41,513 nucleotides of DNA from an archaeon (lineage in GTDB: Archaea; Iainarchaeota; Iainarchaeia; Iainarchaeales; 0-14-0-20-34-12): contig JBBSVU010000013.1 of NCBI GenBank assembly GCA_038046645.1, positions 1 to 41,513 of the forward strand. Direction: 5' to 3'. The stretch's first letter is position 1. Every line of letters begins with the position of its first letter. This document shows, piece after piece, positions 10,853 through 18,723 of this stretch. A program made the position numbers and the translations under genes. The notes beneath the pieces were generated by a model. That model saw only the letters and a program-made list of their open reading frames with translations, was not told where the DNA came from and did not search any database.

Positions 10853-12313
10853 CTACTCCAATTTAACTCCCAATTTTTTAACTATGTCTTCAATATCAAT
10901 TGTCTTGACATCTGTTGTTACTTTGGACAACAATGCAAGATTTTTTACCAAGCCACAATTAGGGCCATCAGGTGTTTCAATCGGGCACATCCTTCCCCAG
11001 TGTGTTCCATGCACATCCCTTGCTTCATATAATTCCCTATTTTTATTCAGGGAGCTTTTTACTTTTCTAATATCAGTTAACGGGCTAAGATAATTTACCC
11101 TGTCCATGAATTTGCTCACACCAGTTGCCCTTCCGATCCAATTTCCTGTTGCCATTGCAAACCTGATTCTTTCTGAAATAGCATCAGGCCTGATAATTGT
11201 GCTGATGTTTAATTTTCTTCTTCTTGTAACAGTCCTGTCAATTTGAAATTTTAAATCCTTTACTAAATATTTGAATGCATACCTGAATAAATGTTCCATT
11301 AATTTTCCGCTTAACTCCAATCTTTTATTTGCATAATGGTCCTTGTCATCCTCTCCCCTTAACCCATATGCCTTTTCAATTGCCTTTGATGCCATCATCC
11401 CTAAATAATATGCTTTTGCCAATCTGTCTTCTTTTGATTGGCCAATGTGCGGCAATAAGAAACCATCAATTACTTCCTGTGCCCTTCTCAACCTATAATC
11501 AATAATCTGCCCAGGTGCTACATATTTTCCAATTCTATCCAAAGCTTCTTTTTCATCCGTAACTTCAATATCTTCCAAATTTAATAAAACATCATTTTGT
11601 ATTTCAATTCCTGTGCTGAATGTATCATTAATTTTACTTTCTTTTACGCCTAATGCCTGCATCAAAGTAGTTAATTTTAATTTTTTAGGGGATGCAGGGA
11701 ATGTTACTTCTAACAAACCATTAACCTTTCTTGTTACCCTTACCCTTCCTTTAAATGCGCCTTTTGTGCTGATTACTTCTGAGCTAATATCCTCTTTTGC
11801 ATCTTTCGTAATTATTACTCGGTCTGAAGCCAAAACTTCTTGTGTGATTAAAACCTTTTCCGCTCCGTTAATTACAAAGTAACCGCCCCAATCAAGAGGG
11901 TCTTCACCAAATTCAATTAATTCTTCCTCTGTCTTTCCATTCAACCAGCATTTGTTTGATTTTAGCATTATTGGCAATTCACCAATATATGTTCTTTTGA
12001 CATCTTGTTCAACATCCCTTCTCATTAATTTCATTGTTATAAAAAGTGGGCCAGAATAAGTCCTGTTTCTTAGCCTTGCTTCCAACGGTAAAAATTTATC
12101 CCTTGGTGAACCATCAACCTCAATTATTCTCGGCTTTAAAACTTCAATATCAGCTACATCAATTTTGACTTCCTCAATTTTAGGTATTATTTCCTTGTTC
12201 TCTTCCACAATGTCTGGAAGTTTCTCATCAACAAATTGGTTAAAACTAGCGATCTCTTGGTCGACAAAACTTTTTTGCTTAAAATATGATTCAATCAATG
12301 GCCATTTATTCAT
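10853..12313 (-). CDS. rpoB2: DNA-directed RNA polymerase subunit B'' (Rpo2N)
   Basis: PLEARLRNRTYS, IGELPIMLKS, GGYFVINGAEKV, DDKDHYANKRL, HWGRMCPIETPDGPNCGLVKNL. Confidence 0.97.
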   Translation of the reverse strand: MNKWPLIESYFKQKSFVDQEIASFNQFVDEKLPDIVEENKEIIPKIEEVKIDVADIEVLKPRIIEVDGSPRDKFLPLEARLRNRTYSGPLFITMKLMRRDVEQDVKRTYIGELPIMLKSNKCWLNGKTEEELIEFGEDPLDWGGYFVINGAEKVLITQEVLASDRVIITKDAKEDISSEVISTKGAFKGRVRVTRKVNGLLEVTFPASPKKLKLTTLMQALGVKESKINDTFSTGIEIQNDVLLNLEDIEVTDEKEALDRIGKYVAPGQIIDYRLRRAQEVIDGFLLPHIGQSKEDRLAKAYYLGMMASKAIEKAYGLRGEDDKDHYANKRLELSGKLMEHLFRYAFKYLVKDLKFQIDRTVTRRRKLNISTIIRPDAISERIRFAMATGNWIGRATGVSKFMDRVNYLSPLTDIRKVKSSLNKNRELYEARDVHGTHWGRMCPIETPDGPNCGLVKNLALLSKVTTDVKTIDIEDIVKKLGVKLE

Positions 12314-12346
12314 TTATTCAGCCCGTATATTTATTTTCAAAAGCAG

Positions 12347-12574
12347 TTACTTTACTGCCCTGTAATAGACAGCCTTCCCTATGGTAAAGCTGTTTCTCTC
12401 GATTTTTATTATGTCGTTGCGTTCTGCCCCGAATTTTTTTATTGCTGGGTCACTCTCTAAAATAATTGGCAAATCTTCTGCCTTTACATTGTATTGTTCA
12501 AGAACTCTTTTGGCTTCTTCTTTAGGCAATAATACGTGCTTAGGAACCAAAAAATGATTTTCAATTTTAGACAT
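12347..12574 (-). CDS. rpoH: DNA-directed RNA polymerase subunit H (Rpo5)
   Basis: HFLVPKH, LPIILESDPA, IIKIERNS, YYRAV; first gene of the rpo operon. Confidence 0.96.
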   Translation of the reverse strand: MSKIENHFLVPKHVLLPKEEAKRVLEQYNVKAEDLPIILESDPAIKKFGAERNDIIKIERNSFTIGKAVYYRAVK

Positions 12575-12659
12575 GAAGAGCCCTTGTCCGAATTTAACAC
12601 AGCAAAAAATCGAGAATGCTATTTTTTTCAGCCAATTACTTATTTTTATATAGAAAGGA

Positions 12660-12672
12660 ATATAAACCTTTC
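12660..12672 (-). promoter_or_regulatory. putative BRE/TATA promoter of the rpoH operon
   Basis: Minus strand reads gaaaggTTTATAT about 86 nt upstream of the rpoH ATG. Confidence 0.5.
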
Positions 12673-12892
12673 ACGGATGGCCGTTTAGCTTAAATAAAGC
12701 CCTAAAAACGGCTTTACTCTGTTTGGTGAGGGTTATTTCTGTATCTTATCTAAATCCCTGAATTTCCACCCGGCTATTGTAAATTTGCTGGCAAATTTTC
12801 TGGCTGCCAAAAACTATTTTTGACATACATTTAAATATTCTTATTATATTATTTAATAAATTAAAAAAACACTGTACACACCAGTGATTCTA

Positions 12893-14011
12893 ATGAATTT
12901 CATACTCCCTATTGTAAGTTTCTTTAGCGAAGGTATCTTCACAAATAAATTATTTGGCATTACCTTTGGCGGTTATAGCTTATTCCTGCTAACAATATTC
13001 CTTTCAATAATATTGGGAAAATTTCTTGCTTTTATTTCCGAGAAATATCTTCGTAAATTAGCATCAAGAACTGAGACAAACATTGATGATGTAATTGTTG
13101 CAACAATTAACCAAACAGTTTTCTATTTTGCAGTTCTTGGCGGTTTATATGTTGCATTCCATTTTTTAGATTTGCAGAATGCTATGTTGATTTCAGGGGC
13201 AGAAAAAATTATTTCAGTGCTGCTTTTGATTCTTGTAGCTTGGGTTGTAATAAGATTAGTTGATGGCTTCTTGAAACACTGGGCCTTGCCGCTTGCAGCA
13301 AAAACAGAAACAGAACTTGACGACCAGATGATTCCTGTTTTGCAGAGGATTGCAAAAATTTTAATAATTTGCATTTTCGCAATCGTAATTCTTTCTTCAG
13401 TAGGATATGATGTTACAGCATTGATTGCGGGATTGGGTATTGGAGGCATAGCCCTTGCATTTGCAGCACAGGAGACGGTTGCAGACATGTTTGGCGGATT
13501 TTCTATTTTCACTTCAAGGCCATTTAAGGTTGGGGATTTTATTATGTATGAAAATAACAGCTATACAATAAAAGAAATAGGCCTGAGATTTACCAAGGCA
13601 ATTGATTTAAATGACCGCATTGTTGTAATCCCAAACAGGAAAATAGGAAGTGCAGTTCTTACTAACATTACTATGCCAGGATATAGGAAAGAAAGAATGA
13701 ATATAAACATTACTTATGATTCTGATGTTTCAAAAATAAATAAAGCAGCTGAAATTTTGAAAGATATTGCTATTAACAATCCTTTATCGGTCAAAGGAAA
13801 AGAGCCCAAGGTATTTTTCACTGATTTCAAGGAATATTCGCTTAATCTGCTTTTTATTTATTATATTAGATATAAAAACAAGGAAGAGATCGATGACTTC
13901 TTAAAAATGAAACATGAAATCAATTTAAAAATAAAGGAAGAATTTGGCAAAGCAGGGATTAAGTTTGCCTATCCGACGCAAACAATTCACATGGTGAAGG
14001 AAGGTTCATAA
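12893..14011 (+). CDS. mscS: small-conductance mechanosensitive channel (MscS family)
   Basis: ALIAGLGIGGIALAFAAQETVADMFGG, RPFKVGDFI, IGLRFT, IPN, GIKFAYPTQT; N-terminal TM helices; track start 12884 GTG, ATG at 12893. Confidence 0.95.
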   Translation: MNFILPIVSFFSEGIFTNKLFGITFGGYSLFLLTIFLSIILGKFLAFISEKYLRKLASRTETNIDDVIVATINQTVFYFAVLGGLYVAFHFLDLQNAMLISGAEKIISVLLLILVAWVVIRLVDGFLKHWALPLAAKTETELDDQMIPVLQRIAKILIICIFAIVILSSVGYDVTALIAGLGIGGIALAFAAQETVADMFGGFSIFTSRPFKVGDFIMYENNSYTIKEIGLRFTKAIDLNDRIVVIPNRKIGSAVLTNITMPGYRKERMNINITYDSDVSKINKAAEILKDIAINNPLSVKGKEPKVFFTDFKEYSLNLLFIYYIRYKNKEEIDDFLKMKHEINLKIKEEFGKAGIKFAYPTQTIHMVKEGS

Positions 14012-14212
14012 TTTTTTATAATTCTTCATCACTATTTTTATTTTGTAATTCTGTCCCCACTTAGTAATTATGTTTCCATATTTAGAATGCCGTACTTATA
14101 CTTTTTTAGCTGCGCGTTTTGCATATGGCAAACAATTTTAAATAAAAGAATGATTAATATACTATTAATCTTTTGTAGCAGATGCTTTGCAATAAGCATT
14201 TAGGGAAAAAAT

Positions 14213-16645
14213 ATGTACTTCAAGAATATTTTGTTATTGCTTGTTTTTACAGCCCTTTTTATGGGCTCAGCTTTTGCTGAATCTAGCACTGATTATAATC
14301 TTGTATTATTCCCTTTGAACAGTTCAACCATGTCTTCAGGCAGCTATTCTTTAACTGTTTCCCCCGAGGATGTTGGCGGAAAAACAACTAGCTCAGACTA
14401 TAATTTGTATTTAGGGGTTGCAGGTTATCTTTCTGACCAGAATGTAATGATTAAAATCGTTACGCCTACGGCAGGTGAAACAGTAACCTCAACCCCATTA
14501 ACCATAACATATGCTTTAGTGCATGCCTCAGACATTAACTTCATAAAGCAGTTTTGGGTAACCTCAGGCGGTCTTGGTGGAACATACACAAACAATGGCT
14601 TAAACCTGACAGCACCAGGGTATTCAGTAAGCAATGGTTCCTATTCTTTCTGCATAAAAGCAACAAAAAAGACTGATGTAAATACTACACCAGTATGTGT
14701 TTCAGTTACAGTAAATATTCCTGCTCCAGCTCCTCCTGTTTGTGGAAATGGCAGTTGTGAAGCAGGTGAAGATGTTTCTAGTTGTGCTGCGGATTGTGCT
14801 GCAGGCCCAGGACCTGGTGGATTAGGAGGGTCTGGTTCAACGTCTTGCGGTGATGGTTCCTGCAATGGCACAGAAACAAAAGATACCTGCCCTTCAGACT
14901 GTAAATGCGGAAATGGAATCTGTGAAGGAACTGAAACAACTTTAACTTGTTTAACTGACTGCCCAAAAACACTTGTTTATGAAAAACAAATTTATGAGAA
15001 ATTGCTTCATTCAACAGACCTTCCTGAATCCAAAATAACAACAATACTGACCGAATTAGGCTTAGCTTATGGTAAAACAATTGCCTTGGCAAAAAAATCC
15101 AACCAATATATCCCAGTAGATAAAAACATTGCTTCCTTTGAAAAAAAATATTCAGATAACACTTTTGAATATTATAGCATTATTAGCACTCGTGTGAATA
15201 ATACTTTCACTAAGGCAGTTAATTCCATTTTAGTAATGGATATTTTGCCAAAAACAGCTGCTGCTAACGCATCAGATGTAAAACAAGTTAGTGTAGAAAA
15301 AACCGTGCTTGTTTCTGATCCGGTTATTGAATTTATTATTGATAATCTAGCACAGCAATCCGAAACAGCCTTTACCTACCTATTGGATGCAGCATTGGAT
15401 GATGCAAAAACAACTTCCTGGGACCCTTCATTTGCTTTTGCTGCAAATGGTTTGCCTGATGAGAGTTGTACAAAAACCTGTGGTGCTGATGAAACATTAG
15501 ATCCTGTTGCCTGTGTTTGCAATGTTAACCCTTACTGTGGTGACGGTTCTTGCAACGGAACAGAAACAAGTGCAACATGCTCATCAGATTGCCCTAAAAC
15601 ATGGGAACCCCCTGCAGCGCCGCAAGATGGTGGCACAGAAAATGATGGAACTGGCGGAATTGGGGGCATGGGAGGAACAGGAGGAAGTGGAGGAACAGGC
15701 GGCAATGGAGGATCTACCCATTCAATCTGTGTTAATTATGCCTGTGTTTCAGTCCCTGGCCCAGGAAAGAGTGAATGCTCCCTTAATAATGGCTGTAATT
15801 TTTCAGTGAACTATTTTGAGAACCTTTGGATAAATGCAACTCAAACAGTAAAGGTAACCTCAAAGACTGATGGTTCTATTGAGGGTATTAAAGTTATTGT
15901 GCAGGGAATGATTGATTCTTATCTGGACAAAGAAGGAACTGTTAATTTTACTGTTACTAAAGCAGGAAAATTCAATATTGACCTTTACAATAATAACGGT
16001 GTTAAGATAGTGTCCTTGCCCTTTACGGTTGAAGATATGGTGATTGAAACACCGGCAATTGCCCTGCCTAAGCAGCCATTAAACATTAAAGTAAAGGATT
16101 CTAAAGGCAATTTAATTCAAGAAGTAATTATTGAATTGCTTGATGAACAAGGCAAGGTACTTAAGAAAGCAAAAACAAATGGAATTTTGAAATTTACTCC
16201 CCTGAAAGAAGGCTTCTTGAAAGTGAAAGTGTATAAGAGCAATGGAAGCAATGAAGCTAAATTTGAGGTAGGGGGTTTGTTGAACAACACCCTAGCCACA
16301 ATAACCTCTTCCTTATCCTATTTATTTGGTTCAGAATCAAAGGATTACCCTTGGACAACGATTGTTATCTTTATTCTTGTTTGCATAGCTTTCTTAGTTT
16401 CATTTGATATGTTTAGCATTTATTTCCCTCTAAAAGGCGTTTCTACCACTGAATTTCGCAAGCATCTTGGCATTAGAACCGGTATCGGGTTAGTATTCTT
16501 TATCACTCCAATAATTTGTTCCAGAATACTTTCTATATCGCTTGGTTTTATTAGTGCTGTTCTTGAAATAGTTGTAATAATTCTTTTGTTCTTCCTTTTG
16601 AGGGAGCAAGCCAAGCAGAAAAAGCAGTTCCAATTCATTAAATAG
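14213..16645 (+). CDS. large exported surface protein with Cys-rich CG(N/D)GxC repeats and C-terminal TM helices
   Basis: Signal peptide (..SAFA); four CG(N/D)GxC-x(2-3)-E-x3-C-x2-DC repeats; Gly-rich linkers; beta-rich domains; three hydrophobic C-terminal segments. Confidence 0.8.
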   Translation: MYFKNILLLLVFTALFMGSAFAESSTDYNLVLFPLNSSTMSSGSYSLTVSPEDVGGKTTSSDYNLYLGVAGYLSDQNVMIKIVTPTAGETVTSTPLTITYALVHASDINFIKQFWVTSGGLGGTYTNNGLNLTAPGYSVSNGSYSFCIKATKKTDVNTTPVCVSVTVNIPAPAPPVCGNGSCEAGEDVSSCAADCAAGPGPGGLGGSGSTSCGDGSCNGTETKDTCPSDCKCGNGICEGTETTLTCLTDCPKTLVYEKQIYEKLLHSTDLPESKITTILTELGLAYGKTIALAKKSNQYIPVDKNIASFEKKYSDNTFEYYSIISTRVNNTFTKAVNSILVMDILPKTAAANASDVKQVSVEKTVLVSDPVIEFIIDNLAQQSETAFTYLLDAALDDAKTTSWDPSFAFAANGLPDESCTKTCGADETLDPVACVCNVNPYCGDGSCNGTETSATCSSDCPKTWEPPAAPQDGGTENDGTGGIGGMGGTGGSGGTGGNGGSTHSICVNYACVSVPGPGKSECSLNNGCNFSVNYFENLWINATQTVKVTSKTDGSIEGIKVIVQGMIDSYLDKEGTVNFTVTKAGKFNIDLYNNNGVKIVSLPFTVEDMVIETPAIALPKQPLNIKVKDSKGNLIQEVIIELLDEQGKVLKKAKTNGILKFTPLKEGFLKVKVYKSNGSNEAKFEVGGLLNNTLATITSSLSYLFGSESKDYPWTTIVIFILVCIAFLVSFDMFSIYFPLKGVSTTEFRKHLGIRTGIGLVFFITPIICSRILSISLGFISAVLEIVVIILLFFLLREQAKQKKQFQFIK

Positions 16646-16733
16646 CTCTAGCCATTTTTCTAAAATGCGATTTTGCATTCTTTTGCATTGAATCATCTCT
16701 GCTTTTATCTTTTTCTTAGTTAGTTTATATTGT

Positions 16734-17354
16734 ATGAAAGGTCTATTGCTTATAAGCGGTGGTTTTGATTCTGCAGTAGCAGGTTATCTTGCAATGCAGG
16801 CTTCTAAGCCAATAGAAGCAATTCACTTTTCCTTAGAACCATTTACTAATTCAAAACCATTTGAAAAATCAAAAGACTGTTTAAAGGTTCTTGGATTGGA
16901 TAAGATTTATTATTCCAAAGCAGGAGACTATTTTTTGCAGTTTGCAAAGACCTGCAATGAAAAATATTACTTTATCCTAAGCAAGAGGTTTATGCTAAAG
17001 GTTGCAGAAAAGCTTGCCAGAAAAAATAATTTTGATTTCTTGATAACTGGTGAAAATTTGGGGCAGGTATCAAGCCAAACTTTGCAAAGTTTAGCGGTAA
17101 TCCAAAAAGCAATTTCTTTGCCTTTAATCAGGCCATTGCTTTGTTATGACAAGGAAGAAATAATTTCTGTTGCAAAGCAGATAGGGACCTATGAATTGTC
17201 CAAAGGGCCTGAATGCTGCGATGTTTTGGTATCAGGCAAGCCAGTAACTCAACCAGATATTTCTGTTGTTCTAGAAGAGGAAAAAAAAGTCGATATGGAT
17301 TCAATTGTTGAAAAGGCTTTTTCAGAAATTCAATTAATTCAGATTAATGGTTAG
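16734..17354 (+). CDS. thiI: ThiI-like tRNA sulfurtransferase, PP-loop catalytic domain only
   Basis: LISGGFDSAVA PP-loop, TGENLGQVSSQTL, RPLLCYDKEEII, IGTYELS..PECC; 206 aa with no THUMP domain. Confidence 0.8.
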   Translation: MKGLLLISGGFDSAVAGYLAMQASKPIEAIHFSLEPFTNSKPFEKSKDCLKVLGLDKIYYSKAGDYFLQFAKTCNEKYYFILSKRFMLKVAEKLARKNNFDFLITGENLGQVSSQTLQSLAVIQKAISLPLIRPLLCYDKEEIISVAKQIGTYELSKGPECCDVLVSGKPVTQPDISVVLEEEKKVDMDSIVEKAFSEIQLIQING

Positions 17355-17393
17355 CCACATAATTATGTGAATAACATAATTACGTGTTTTATG

Positions 17394-18404
17394 TTATTTT
17401 ATTTTTTTCATGTCTACTTTTGCTGTCTTGATGCCGGCAGCATTTAGCAGTTTATTTGCATTCTCATTCAAAGGATATTCTGAATTATAAACTACTTTTT
17501 TTATGCCAGCATTTATGATCATTTTTGAGCACATTAAGCAAGGGGAAAAAGTAGTATATAGTTCTCCGTCCTTTACTGATATGCCATGATATGCTGCCTG
17601 TACAATTGAATTTTCCTCAGCATGTGAGCAAAAACATTCTTCTAATCCCTTTCCACTTTCGCCAAATGCATTGCATCTAGGGCATCCCCCATCACTGCAG
17701 TTCTTTACCCCTCTTGGGGTCCCATTATAGCCGGTAGAAACAATCCTTTTGTCCTTTACTATGATTGCTGCCACTTTCCTTTTTATGCAATTGCTTCTTG
17801 TAGCCACTACCTTTGCTACCATTAAAAAATATTCATCCCAGCTAGGCCTTTCAAAATTCTGAGGTATTTTCTTCATAAGTGCATCAACCTCCTTATGGAG
17901 CTTTTCTGTTGTTGAATCATTTATAATTTTATACTTGCAAAGCTTTTTGCAAGCCAATATCTGCTGTGCATTTTTATCCTTGCTTTTTAACTCTTTTTTT
18001 TCTAATTCTATAAACTGTTCCAATGTTTTTATGTCTCCTGTTCTCTTTCTTTCTAAACATCTCTTAAATCTTATGCTCTGTGGCGCATCCACCCACACTA
18101 GAAAAGAGTTTTTTAGGCCTAAGATAGCTTTTGCTTCATCAGGATTTCTTATTGAATCAATGACATAGTTTGTGTCATGGTCTATTTTCTCAATAACCCT
18201 TTTTGCAAGCATATTACTGCCTTCAGTTCTCCTTAATTCATTGCCTAACCTAATGAGATTTTCCCTTGTTTCATTAATTCCCCTATTTTTTGCCTCTTCC
18301 CTTAATGCATCTGACAATGATAGGTAATAGAACCCCTTTTTTTGCAGGTGTTCTGAAACAGTTCCTTTGCCAGCACAATAGCTTCCAATTAGTCCTAAAA
18401 TCAT
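17394..18404 (-). CDS. P-loop nucleotide-kinase-like domain fused to dCMP deaminase
   Basis: N-terminal GSYCAGKGT, IDSIRNPDE; C-terminal RPSWDEYF, TGYNGTPRG, HAEEN, PCLMC Zn-deaminase motifs. Confidence 0.9.
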   Translation of the reverse strand: MILGLIGSYCAGKGTVSEHLQKKGFYYLSLSDALREEAKNRGINETRENLIRLGNELRRTEGSNMLAKRVIEKIDHDTNYVIDSIRNPDEAKAILGLKNSFLVWVDAPQSIRFKRCLERKRTGDIKTLEQFIELEKKELKSKDKNAQQILACKKLCKYKIINDSTTEKLHKEVDALMKKIPQNFERPSWDEYFLMVAKVVATRSNCIKRKVAAIIVKDKRIVSTGYNGTPRGVKNCSDGGCPRCNAFGESGKGLEECFCSHAEENSIVQAAYHGISVKDGELYTTFSPCLMCSKMIINAGIKKVVYNSEYPLNENANKLLNAAGIKTAKVDMKKIK

Positions 18405-18487
18405 AACAATCCTTTATCTAAGAACACAATACGTTTTTTTAAAATAATGGATTTGGTTATGTTTGATTATAATTCAATTCCACCAAA

Positions 18488-18600
18488 TAAATTTCTTAAA
18501 TTAAAACTAAATTTCTTTACCCTAAATATTTTATTTTATGTTATTATTTATTTTCTTAAAGAAAAATATAGTTTCTTAAACCTACTAATTAATTCTTGAG
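18488..18600. repeat. phased direct-repeat array, core TTCTT(AAA), 20-bp period
   Basis: TTCTT begins at 18493, 18513, 18553, 18573, 18593 (atttcttaaa, atttctttac, ttttcttaaa, gtttcttaaa, aattcttgag). Confidence 0.55.
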
Positions 18601-18648
18601 TTTTTTGTAAAAAATATATAGAATACTTTTATTTCCTTAAAAGTAATA

Positions 18649-18656
18649 TTTATATA
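18649..18656 (+). promoter_or_regulatory. putative TATA box of fibre gene 2
   Basis: TTTATATA about 68 nt upstream of ATG 18724. Confidence 0.4.
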
Positions 18657-18723
18657 TATCTAGAATCTATATATTTCTGAATCAAATAATTGAAATTAAA
18701 CTTCCATGCAGAATGGTGAGGGC

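Noticed and set aside
6386..12313. Inteins or frameshifts in RNA polymerase genes
   Set aside because: Lengths are typical; the A'/A'' and B''/B' splits are known archaeal arrangements.
18488..18640. CRISPR array or replication origin
   Set aside because: Repeat core is only 5-9 nt with a 20-nt period; no cas or cdc6/orc1 gene and no ORB-like G-string nearby.
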